Shown one piece after another: positions 49,001 to 59,600 of a DNA stretch of 64,000 nt. Position 1 is the first letter of the stretch. Every line of letters begins with the position of its first letter. Source of the DNA: Hormiphora californensis (Eukaryota > Animalia > Ctenophora); contig CM035356.1 of assembly GCA_020137815.1 (NCBI GenBank), forward strand, positions 1,736,001 to 1,800,000, read 5' to 3'. The translations under genes and the position numbers were made by a program. Under the pieces are notes generated by a model. The model saw only the letters and a list, made by a program, of their open reading frames with translations, searched no databases and was not told the DNA's origin.

Positions 49001-52000
49001 TACTTTTCTTCGAGCCACCAGAAGATCAGATATCCATCCCGAGAATAGATACCCCAACCAAATCATGATGTAGGGAACTGCTGCTACCGCCCCCGACGCC
49101 TTTATGTCATACCCTAGGACTTCCTTGAGGAACTTTGGGAGATCGGTTAGGAGCATGAAGTACCCGTAACCGTTACAGAAATGCAGGAATACTGTGGAGA
49201 GAAGGGGTCGTGAGGTTAAAATAGCACACCAGGGGACCTCTATAAACTTGAAGGGCCTCTGTGGGATAGTGGATGATGCTAGGTACGCCTTCTCTGCCTC
49301 TGGTGCCCACCGAGAGTTAGCAGGGGTATCCGTGACAAGGGTAAACCAGAAAATACACCATACAACCCCCAAGATCCCGTAAATTATGAACACACTCGGC
49401 CACCCTCCCAGTATACCTGACCCGACCAGCTCCCCTGACACAATATTGCCCAACACACCTCCAATATACTGCCCTCCCGTGGAGAAAGCTGTGAAGAGAC
49501 CCTTCTCTGGAAGTGGCGCCCAGTTAGAGATGATAGTCAGTGCAATGGGAAATGTGACACCTTGGCCGATACCAATTAGTATCCGGGACACTAGGACCGA
49601 CCAGAATCCGGGTAGAAAGGGGTCTGCCAGGGTAAGGAGGACGGCCGAGCCGAGCCCTACCCCGAAGATGGAGGTGGCGGAGAAGTAGGATAGGATTAGG
49701 GCAGCGGGGAGTTGGGAGACTGAGTAGCCCCAGAAAAAGGAACTCAGAACGTAACCTAGGGAAGAAGAGTGGGTTACCATGGTTACTAGGGAAGGAAAGC
49801 GGGTTACCATCGTGGTTCTGATACTCGAGTTATTCTATTTAACCTAGTGACCACTGTAACCCTAGTCACCCCTGCTGGGCCCCCGCTACCGTGGTTACCA
49901 AAGTTACCATGGTTACCAAAGTTACCTTGTTCAGATTGGTTCCAGCACCGGCTTTGGTTCATAGTGCAGTTATCAGGGACCATTCCACCTTCTAGGGCTA
50001 CACTGAAATAAAACAAATTATAAAGGGTGGTATAGGTCGTTTTATCGAACGGTAAGATCGTTACTATTTTTTTTTGGAAGAAGTTTCAAACGATCACGGA
50101 AACAAATCGCATTTTAAATGTCAAATAATATCACATAGTGCAGTTATCAGGGACTATCAGAGAGAGAGAGCAGATTCCGTGTCTCTTACCTGATGTTAAT
50201 TCTAAGAATATAGTGTCTCACCTGATGTTAATTCTAAGAATGTAGTCCATGATAAACCCCCAGGCCATCATCATGACAATGGGGTATCTGAACCATCCTG
50301 TTTTGGGTACCTGCAGGGAAGTATTATCGAGTGAGCAACATTTTCCGATCTATTTATTTATGTACTACATATCTAGAAGTAGTTAGGCCGTAGGCGTTAG
50401 CAAAGTCGGACCCCGATTTAGGGACACCCTCGGGGGAAAGGCTCTTGTCCACTAAATCGGGGTGTCCACTAAATCGGGGTCAAATAAGGTTAATTTCCTT
50501 TATCGGGGGAAAAAAATCCTGTCCCTAAATCGGGGTGCCACTAAATCGGGGGCCCCTAAATCGGGGTCCGACTGTAACAGTAAACAGTAAACAGTACAAT
50601 TGTATTGTATACAAGATATTAACCTGGGGTGGTATGGACTGAATGAGAAGGTCTTCCCGTTCCCCAGAGGAGTCCTCCATTTTTTAATTTATAGAGCTAT
50701 GTAGAGCTATGGAAAATGTGGGATTAACAATTGACCACAGGAACTCGCGTTTTAGAACACTCCGTTCTCCGAACAAGATCTGGTATTATATTAGGTTGTC
50801 CCAGAAAGAATGTCGTGTACCGATTTTTAGGAGAAATACATGGATTAGAGACTTCTAACCGGTTCTGTCTTGTCAATCAGACGATTCCTAACTCAGGAAC
50901 GTGTCCAAAATTTCAAATGCTCATTCCATTCGTTCATAATTCGGTATTTTGAAACCCAAAGTCGAAGAGCCGCTGAACGGAGGTTTTGCATTTCTTAAAA
51001 CGTCTCTGGAATAACGCCATTTGAGTTTTCAGAACTCCAAATGGCACCAAACGATAGCAAATTGTCCAAAGTTAAGGAACCTATACGATTTAAGTCTCGA
51101 CGCAACCTTTGGAAGCGTCAGGCAAAGCTAATATACCGTGCAAAAGCGAAAAAATCAAAAATTGGGGGGGGGGGGCCACCACCTTTTTTTTTGCCCATTG
51201 CCCATAATCCCAGCGAATTTTGGTTTTGCCCATATGGGCAAAAATGGGCAAAAGTGGGCAAAAATGGGCAAAAATGGGCAAAATGAAATTTTTAGTGTTT
51301 TTTGTTGTTTTTTCAACTCTATAACTTGATTTTAATTCTTTAAAGTGAGAGAGAAAAGCCCTGATTATGATAAAACTCGGTCAGAATGGTCTTTGGTGTC
51401 ACATTAGAAGTCAAAAAATTGTTTAGTGGTCAAATCGTAAATTTAGGATTTTTTAATTTTTATTAAGGGTACACCGACCGAAATTTTTTGTCGAGTGCAG
51501 GGCAATCTCTCACCGTAGGGTTGTAGGCCATGCCAAGGAGACCTCAAATATGCAATTTGAGCTCTCAAGTCGAATTCATATTTTTGCTACAGCTGTTTAA
51601 AAAATGTCCTGTAAATTCGTTTTTGGCATCTCAAAAAAAATTTTTTAAAGATAGGAGCATGAAAATTTGGGGATTTGAAGAGGACATAAAGGTGAATAAC
51701 CACAAAAATTTTTTTTGCAATCCGAGCTGATTTCCGGTCCTGAGATGGATTTCTTTTTTTCCACTTTAACGCCCTATTTGGCAAAGTTCCGAAAACATGT
51801 GAAAGCTGTAAATTGGTGAAAAGTTGCGTCTAACGATTATCTAAGTGGCCATAAATTTTGGGCGTATCCTTATTTGAGATAAGCTGTACAGAGTTTTTTT
51901 TGTGAAAGCCATCATTTCAGAAATAAATAAATTCCCTGTATCTCAAAAACGGCTGATCGTAGAGACCTGAGACTATGCTTAAACGATTCAGAAGGTCCGA

Positions 52001-55000
52001 TTTTGGGGGGGTCTTCTGAGAGACATTTTGCTCCTACTTCAACCGTTTTTGCTGTAATTGCGAAAAACAAATTCTATGAAAAGGGCAAAAGCTAAACTCC
52101 AATATCCTGTAATTAGGGAATTTTGGCTAGGAAAGGACCGAAACGATGGAAAAATGTGTAACAAGCTAATTCCTTCACTATTTGGTCCATATGGGTCCCT
52201 ATAATCACCAAAAACAAAATCACAAAAAATCCACGATGGCGAAGATGAATTTTTGTTTTTCGCAATTACAGCAAAAACGGTTGAAGTAGGAGCAAAATGT
52301 CTCTCAGAAGACCCCCCCAAAATCGGACCTTCTGAATCGTTTAAGCATAGTCTCAGGTCTCTACGATCAGCCGTTTTTGAGATACAGGGAATTTATTTAT
52401 TTCTGAAATGACGGCTTTCACAAAAAAAACTCTGTACAGCTTATCTCAAATAAGGATACGCCCAAAATTTATGGCCACTTAGATAATCGTTAGACGCAAC
52501 TTTTCACCAATTTACAGCTTTCACATGTTTTCGGAACTTTGCCAAATAGGGCGTTAAAGTGGAAAAAAAGAAATCCATCTCAGGACCGGAAATCAGCTCG
52601 GATTGCAAAAAAAATTTTTGTGGTTATTCACCTTCATGTCCTCTTCAAGTCCCCAAATTTTCATGCTCCTATCTTTAAAAAAATTTTTTTGAGATGCCAA
52701 AAACGAATTTACAGGACATTTTTTAAACAGCTGTAGCAAAAATATGAATTCGACTTGAGAGCTCAAATTGCATATTTGAGGTCTCCTTGGCATGGCCTAC
52801 AACCCTACGGTGAGAGATTGCCCTGCACTCGACAAAAAATTTCGGTCGGTGTACCCTTAAAGGTTTTAGGCTTTTATGGGTTTATTTTGTTCTAGGACGT
52901 TTCTGAAACCCATGAAAGCCAAAAAACCTAAAAACCTAAAAAATCCTAAACTTAGGATTTGAGCACTAAAATTTTGTTGACTTCTAATATGACACCAAAT
53001 ACCATTCTGACCGAGTTATATCAAAATCAGGGCTGTTCACTTTCACTCTGAATAAGTTAAATCAAGTTATAGAGTTGAAAAAACGACATATAACACTGAA
53101 AATTTCATTTTGCCCATTTTTGCCCACGTTTGCCCATTTTTGCCCAAAGTCCCACGATTTTTGAAAATTCAGTTTTGCCCATATGGGCAAATATGGGCAA
53201 ATATGGGCGAAAAAAAAGGTGACGGCCCCCCCCCCCCCCAAAAATTTAACCCCTGTTTTTGGCCTGTTTTTAGGCTATTTTCAAAAACTTCCAAATTTCA
53301 TTTTCAAACATTACCAAATCAAATCGCCAACATCGCTATGACTAAACGCTTAGTCGGGACTATTCAAAGCCGCTAAAAGAATGTCAATACACCAATCCGA
53401 TGAACCCTGAAGTGGCCCGGAAGTGAAAACTTCCTATTTTGATCAAAAATTTTCAGAGCTCCATAGCTCAGCAACTTTTCAAAATTGACACTTGTTTTAT
53501 AGAGTCAAGGGTTAAATTAACAAGCTAGAAAAGTTTTAAATCGAAATCGATGGGGCCAAATTGGAGAAAACGGGACACGACATTCTTTCTGGGACAACCT
53601 AATAGTTTAAAAAGGGGGGGCCATTAGGCAGCGGATTACGGGGGCCCGAAAGAATCGCCCCTACCAGATGCCCGTACGCGATCGCGGACGTTTGGTTTGC
53701 GCATTGAATTTCACTACACTTTCACCACACAAAAGGCTCATGCGCGTTACATGCGTGACACGCTCGTCTGTTTTGTGTGGTGAAAGTGTAGTGAAATGCA
53801 ATGCGCAAACCAAACGTCCGGGATCGCGTACGGGCATCTGGTAGGGGCGATTCTTTCGCGCCCCCGTAATCCACTGTGTTACGGATGCGATAGACTAAAT
53901 CTCTGAACTTGAAGTTTTCAATGAAAACCCGTGACTACAGATACAGTAAAACCTCGATTTACCGTACGTGCAAAAAGCGTTCCCGGAGGAGTCCGATTAA
54001 ATGTGCCTGTATGAGTAGTATACAAAGGAAAGAGAAATGAAAGACAGCAAATGGAGGATGCAGAAACGACGTGTCACCGTCTCACATGTCTCTCGCGATG
54101 TATTGGGTTACAATGTTTGGGCTTTGTTTTAAATCGTAATACCCCGTCATTTTTATCAAATACCCGTGTTGGTTGACCAAGATATTCCCAGTGTGCCTTT
54201 ATCGACTGTTAATTGTTGTCAATTAAGCGACTCGTTAGCTCGGTAGGTTAGGCCACTTGAGCGTCACTCTGAATCAATGAATTCACACTGGCTTCTCTGA
54301 ATCAATGAATTGACTCTGGCTTCACAGTTCACACCCGGTTCTTTCACTCATTTCCAGCCCTACTTTCTTTCTTAGTTCAGTTCCTCCTTACTATGTTTCT
54401 ATTCCCTTTACAGTAGATTGTAAAGAGAACTCTCTTTGTGTATGCCGGGTGCATATTCTGAGTGTGCTGCTTTGAATGTGCCGTGTAAGCTCTTTTTCCC
54501 AGCAGTTTAGCTCTCTTTCCCTTGTTCTCCCTTGTTATGTTCTCATGGTAACTGTTTATGAGATAACTGTTTCTGTTGTACAGTCTCATAATCTCATATA
54601 ACAGTCTTCTCTGATGATGATAATGAAAGCTCCGGTAGTAGACTCTCCTTCATGGGGTGTTGCCCTTGCTATGTTCTAACCCTCCCTTTACATTTGTAAA
54701 CACAGTCTAGCCAGGCAGTGTTGCCCCCAGAGTTTTGTTATAATACTTGGTGACGCAGTCACCCTTACAACACGCATGCGACAGAACACGCATGCGATAG
54801 AACAACCTCTAGAGAGGTGACGGCGCCACCAATTATGATTCTTGATCGTGCAGGGTGATACCACTGCATCTGATATTCCTGGATACTTATAACACCTCCT
54901 TCACTCCCAGGGTGTGACAGATACAGTACCACTACATCTAATCCTGATTGATGAGATAGCCAGCAACCACCCTCTTCATCATGACACAGTGTTCACCTTC

Positions 55001-55734
55001 CTCAAACAACTCTTCCAGATGTCACATGAACATCTTCAGGTATTTACTCAGTGGTTACATTACCTGGATTTTACGATGAGATGGCGCCTTCGTAACCTGA
55101 CTTTGAGCTGATTATTTAGCCGCCCTCTCCCCACCCTATTCCTACCACACTAACTACTAACTCCCCCACACTAGGAACTGGAGCAGATGGAGATCCCCCT
55201 ATTCTAACTGCACTACTCCCCCACTATAGGAATTGGAGCAGATAGAGATCCGTAAGATGATAATTGACAGAATGGTACACCTCCTATGTGTGGGCCATGC
55301 CATCCCAGTTATCCAGTATATGAGGGAGTGTCTAGATAATGAAACGGCAGACAAATCTCTTATTCGACATTTCGCTGGAGAAGTAAGTATCTCGTTTATA
55401 AAATGTAAATTGTGGCGCCCTCACAATTAAATCCTCATAACATTAGAAAACTTCTCTCTAACTAGGTCTCTAATTATGCATCTAATTGCGCATTTGATTA
55501 GGTCTCTAATTCGGTCTCTAATTAGGTCTCTAATTGGTCTCTAATTAGGTCTCTAATTATGTATCTAATTAGTAACTCTTCAATTAGGTGATGGAGGTAA
55601 CGACATCCCCGTACAGTGCGGACTTCATTGCCGAATTCCTACCTATAGCTAAAAACCCGGACATCACATCCTCCCTGAGGAACATCAACGAATCGGACAG
55701 TATTTCCCAGTTTATCGAGTACTGTAACGGGTAA
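34476..55734 (+). CDS. NELFCD: Negative elongation factor C/D (TH1-like), multi-exon, with two large gene-containing introns
   Basis: Exons give [106 protein letters not shown] and PYSADF. Stop at 55732-55734. Confidence 0.93.
36147..36295. repeat. (AAAC)n microsatellite directly after a NELFCD donor site
   Basis: Seen directly in the sequence. Confidence 0.95.
36810..37090. repeat. (GA)n and (CT)n complementary microsatellites flanking a ~95-bp spacer
   Basis: Seen directly in the sequence. Confidence 0.95.
38794..41865 (-). CDS. Intronless LDLa-repeat GPCR (GRL101/LGR-like 7TM, no LRRs), nested in NELFCD intron 38230-44958
   Basis: Signal peptide; multiple LDLa motifs ([43 protein letters not shown]); 7TM motifs [24 protein letters not shown] and [11 protein letters not shown]. 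Confidence 0.9.
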   Translation of the reverse strand: MWRVLVLTIIGNCLLHVNCDIYNNCSIKETGPFLANSCSFDPGFEIFQCPNSNVTFGGYTRISVQQRGKISLVTRLCPNDSAGYQACIARFLFQKLSPYRGVRIRLFDSPPACGRLCWNAKEHAYQFTDDQYCPEDQRLDSNYSYTAPRIPNLNFSIRPNLVCDGKCDYGNDLPWRCIDELDCNGLAYGVISFYGIFPFTIVSFENEITDLIQFKKTCQQRFNFEYPLSNRTRCFHLPRDYQLVGSSFDPGNSQYQPYCTNGHDQTNCSYSGFVAGKCMVDGFPTTISTHILCVRDMPILCDDKLDGKCFTTDRHCRVHKHRLCDGHSDCSSDTDEKLDICSRLTERSCKRRMTQVTSLLPIPYNWIQDGIVDCEGGEDEEVSWERCGTGSTNRVQRDGQCSDVFLCRPEEALKYLELEEVCATAATCGGKACQNSHSGVTRSAFTETVKGNDRIIRSGWCQKGLESFRELIGDTCTEKDFIHPFHEFEGKTLTTRLTVSQLQTDCRYFFGKQYVLKSCSGQCHNTKCPLKRPILHSSCENIKNTQYSIAQPGVTVIEKDRYGYHNYFFECDNYLCLPFTKVCDLVDDCGDGSDEGNCENSVKCSESSRYVAVSQMCDGTVDCPDFSDECNSVCHRKSIENTGIMVCTTMMGVVGTLLSLVQIFKSIFWDDASKTDSSFVNKVFSTLIALGDFLTSSYLLILVAFHWAYQNSFCEKQLAWVSSWPCEIIGVISTTGTTITSLSMAVVSLFKLQGTKRGLRYRRSKDIDQKFKKKVFLMVIAISFVAVSFAVTPIIPSLEDGFVNGIAYEDAAQLFLGVMTKEKLLPIIQGYHGTRMITRSETGLSWARIRSIVSSMFTTDNGGVQHKKFSFYGNDPVCLFKFFVLPDDPQLTFVWSYISLQFACFLTVAVCHTVIAVLVARNNSVEGSNLTSKLNRKIMLVCVTDFCCWMPFLICCALHTAEVVDMSPWYQVFSLTIMPINAIINPLLYNSETISNALKFCKQKFRSSSDEQDVPVAKNGPNE
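43572..44677 (-). CDS. 4-exon 191-aa orphan protein nested in a NELFCD intron
   Basis: Exons 44677-44430, 44098-43987, 43893-43786 and 43679-43572 all have GT-AG boundaries and splice in frame to a TGA. Basic N-terminus and acidic tail. Confidence 0.65.
44212..44405. mobile_element. Hairpin MITE in intron 1 of the nested orphan gene
   Basis: TAGCGACTGGCTATTTGAA...TTCAAATAGCCAGTCGCTA with long inner inverted arms. Confidence 0.75.
46236..46401. repeat. ~37-bp minisatellite (4-5 copies)
   Basis: Unit GACCAAGACCCTCTCAAAGGCAAAACGTTACCTACCC. Confidence 0.85.
47126..48483. mobile_element. Non-autonomous TA-flanked DNA transposon (pogo/Tc1-like)
   Basis: 23-bp perfect TIRs GGGGAGCCACAGGTAATATGGGA, TA on both sides, no ORF. 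Confidence 0.75.
48557..50680 (-). CDS. SLC17 (sialin/VGLUT-family) MFS anion transporter, 4 exons, nested in NELFCD intron 45427-54910
   Basis: Exons 50680-50624, 50310-50222, ~50003-49926 and ~49756-48557 give [75 protein letters not shown] and AERQPW. Confidence 0.9.
50405..50574. mobile_element. pogo/Tigger-like MITE in SLC17 intron 1
   Basis: TIR AGTCGGACCCCGATTTAGGG...CCCTAAATCGGGGTCCGACT, with internal CTAAATCGGGG repeats. Confidence 0.7.
50791..53602. mobile_element. Non-autonomous mariner-like element
   Basis: 28-bp TIRs TTAGGTTGTCCCAGAAAGAATGTCGTGT, TA TSD, degenerate inner inverted arms. Confidence 0.85.
51467..52856. mobile_element. Kolobok-like foldback element nested in the mariner-like element
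   Basis: TTAA at 51463-51466 and 52857-52860; GGG...CCC termini; ~600-bp near-perfect arms and a ~185-bp spacer. Confidence 0.85.
53633..53872. mobile_element. Hairpin MITE
   Basis: Inverted arms of ~100 bp, GGATTACGGGGG...CCCCCGTAATCC. Confidence 0.75.
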
Positions 55735-56667
55735 CTGCAGTTAATATGGTTACCATGGTTACCATAGTTACATTTTATTGGTTACACGACACTGTTCCGT
55801 GGTATTGTTGTTATAACTGACTCAGGATATAATCAACTGGTTATTTTTAAAACAGAAGGGATGGATATCAAAGGCAAAGTCACATGAAAGGGACCAGTAT
55901 AATAATCATCACATTAGAGCTGATACACACTCACAGTAACACAATATCCAGTGTGTAGTTGTACACCCTCGTCCCACTATTATGTTCTAACCCTAAATTG
56001 GGGCGTAGTGAGGGAGGGAGGCAAGTTAACAGAGGGATGTTATATCAGAGAGGGAGAGGGAACGGTATATACCAAGGAAGGGGGGCTTCGCATGCCTTGT
56101 AGGTACAAACTTTTATACACACACACTTGTACCTAGCATAGGTAATAGGTAGACACCACGAAGTACATATTGAAAAGGGGGATATAGAATGTTCGTGCGA
56201 GCTTAGCGCAGAGATGAGGATTCAAAAACGGAAGAAGAAAAATAGTGTAGGTACATCATAAGGTGCGGGGGGGGGGGGGTTTAGATGACTCTGTGAGGAA
56301 AATATAGTTCCTATTGAAAGGGCTCCTTTCCAAAATATATTATAACTTGTGTTGGAGCTGTTATTATCTATTTATTAATTTTACACGTTTTATGTTAACA
56401 AATCTAGTCATTTCCTTTCCCTGACCTACCTAATTAAATCTTGAGTAGCCTATCGCTATTGTGTTCTAGGTGCACCGTCATTTGTACATTTCTTTGAGCC
56501 ACCTTGTACATCATGTTTCTTCTGTTGTACTTCAGGGTGCTTGGAAATTAGTTTCGACAACACGTACCTAACCACATTGAATTTCCCAGCCTTTCCATTA
56601 TTGTTCTAACCACATAACCATTCCCTTTCTTTGCAGTAATATAGCTATGACGATCCGGTAACGGCTG

Positions 56668-59600
56668 ATGCTTCCCCTGGTATTACTCAACCTCCTTTCT
56701 ACAGCATCCCATGCTCTACCCTCCATCGCCTCCCTTCACTCCTACACCCCTCTCCAGATATCCGATCTAAACTTCCGTTACTATGACAACCAAAACAGAC
56801 TCTTGGTGACACTTCCCCACCTCATCGGTGATGGTGTTGCTAGTGTTGCTACCCTGTCACCCCTCACCCACATATTCCACTCCCAGTTCAGGGTCCACTC
56901 CCACAACACCACACACAGGGTGAGACTGGCTGGTGATGGTGCCCGGCACTACATCGGTCAAATTGAGGGTCGTCATGACAGCGAGGTTGTACTGCACGTG
57001 CAGGGTCGTGGTGACGTCATTGGTGATGTCATGGGAACTGTAGAGATGGGTGGGAGAGTGTGGTATTTGGAGCCCTCTTGGAGACACTTAGATGTCCCTC
57101 ATACATTTGATCTTATCTTGTACGAGAGGAATCAAGCGAGGTTTAATATATCAGGAGAGTTCTGTGGTTCGCAGGATGCTGATTGGTTGGATCTTCCTGA
57201 ATACAAGGTTTATAGAGGCAAGAGAGCGGAACCGTTAGAAGGAGACACAAGTGAAACCGGTGATTCAGAAAGTGAAACTAATGATTGGAGGAGGGCCAAA
57301 AGGGCAAGTTCATATGAAGCTGAGAACACGTGTAATGTGATATTAGTGGCGGATCATAAGTTTCATCAGATTATTGGAAAGGGTAAACCATCACAAACTA
57401 AAAGCTATCTTGTGGCTATGTTTGAACGAATTGACCGGATATTTAGGTGAGTCCTGTGATTTACGTGGTTTATGAATCTGTGAGACTTTTTCAAACATTT
57501 GAAGAGAAAACCAGTATCCACATACATCACCGTAATGATCACGAAAATCCCCCCCCCCCCCCCCCCCGAGTAGGGCCCATATATTCTATTCACCTCCTGA
57601 AATTCTCACAGGACAACAGTGTTCGATACCTCCAAGGACAGTTTTACTGGATTTGGCATGCAGATCAAGGAGATAATTATACACAACGATTCCTCTAGTG
57701 ATCCTGAAAATTATAATTACGACAAGGAATGGGTTGAAACAGATCTACTGGATTCATTTGGGTAATTGTTCCATCACGTAATGAATCATAAGAAGTGCTA
57801 GACTGCATTTATTTTATCTCTATCACAAAGTTGATATTTATAGCATATCTCGTATTTTTCAAAACAGCCCTCTATCTACTACAGGTACGGAGGACCAAAA
57901 CGAAAGTGGGAGGATGTCTGTCTGGCTCACCTTTTCACTTACCAGGACTTTAGTAGGGGTGTTCTTGGGCTGGCGTATGTGGCCAACCCTATGAGGTAAA
58001 AAGCCCTCCCTTCAGGGATCTGTTTCTATTTCTATTACTTTCTCTGTCAGGCGTCGCCAAACCCAGTTTTGATTCCCAACTGACAGTGCGCTCAGATCGG
58101 GTCGGCGCCACCAGACAGCTGTTTCCTTGACATGAGAATGACTCAAGTGTACGAAACAGCACGTGACAAAAATTGATTTATCCCCCTTCCCATTTAGGAA
58201 CAAGGTAGGAGGAATCTGCGCCACACCCTACATCAGTGCCAATAACAGACAACGAATGCTCAACGTGGGACTCACAACATCTGTTAATTACAAGAGAACA
58301 CTATTATCTACCGGTATGTCCCAAACTCCACTCAATTTAACCCTTCTCTTGCTTTACAGAGATGGAACTAGTAACTTCTTACTCCCCCTTGCTCTACAGA
58401 GATGGAGCTAGTAACTGCTCCACTCCATTTAACCCCCCCCCCTCTGCAGAGATGGAGCTAGTAACTGCTCACGAGTTTGGACACAACTGGGGGAGTAGCC
58501 ACGACGATGACCGTAGTGCTCTCTGTGCTCCCAAAGATAACCATTTTGTTATGTTCCCGTCCGCTGTTGATGGTAGGTATATTCTGTGTGGTAAATAACC
58601 GGTAAATCAAGGTTTCACTTGCCTTGCTCGACCCTGTTTCACGGCGAATGTAAAAGGAGGGTTAGAACATAACAAGGTTTGACTGTATGACCAGATTCCA
58701 CAACTTGGGGACGAAATTTCACCACGACTACGGACAGACAGTTGACACACAATGCACCGGACACACGGTAATCAGAGCTGATACCAATTCATCTAAATTC
58801 CTATACAACTCCCTTACAACACTCCCTTATAACACTTTATTTCCCCCTTGGCATGATATTCCTCCCCCAGGTTCCCGGGCTAACAACAAAGCATTCTCGC
58901 CATGCAGTAGGAGTGCTATAGGATCCGTTCTCCAGTATAAGAGTCACTGCTTCACTGAGAGGACTAGCAACGTCTGTGGGAATGGCCTTGTTGAAGGTAG
59001 GAGAGATTGTTACTTTAACTAGGAGAGATAGGAGAGAGAAACAGGAGAGATTGTTACTTTAACTAGGAGAGATAGGAGAGAGAAACAGGAGAGATTGTTA
59101 CTTTAACTAGGAGAGATAGGAGAGAGAAATAGGAGAGATCGTTACTTTAACTAGGAGAGATAGGAGAGAGAAACAGGAGAGATTGTTACTTTAACTAGGA
59201 GAGATAGGAGAGAGAAACAGGAGAGATCGTTACTTTAACTAGGAGAGATAGGAGAGAGAAACAGGAGAGATTGTTACTTTAACTAGGAGAGATAGGAGAG
59301 AGAAATAGGAGAGATCATTACTTTAACTAGGATAGATAAGGAGAGAGAAATAGGAGAGATCGTTACTTTAACTAGGAGAGATAGGAGAGAGAAATACCCA
59401 CAGTCGTTGTTCTTGCCCCAGTTCAGTAGATGGTTCAATATGACATGACCTCTTCGTTTCAGATGGTGAGGATTGTGATCCCGGTGAAGACAATGACGAC
59501 CCCTGCTGTACAGAGACCTGTAAATTCACACAGGGTTCGCTCTGCTCGGACAGGGATAGCGAGTGTTGCGAGGGGTGTAGATTTGCAGGGAACACCAAGA

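Noticed and set aside
51041-53376. Several short Lys/Phe-rich ORFs
   Set aside because: They lie inside non-autonomous transposon arms and lack transposase motifs.
59000-59395. Regular repeats resembling a CRISPR array (also 8402-8630 and 46236-46401)
   Set aside because: No unique spacers, no cas genes, eukaryotic intron context; these are minisatellites.
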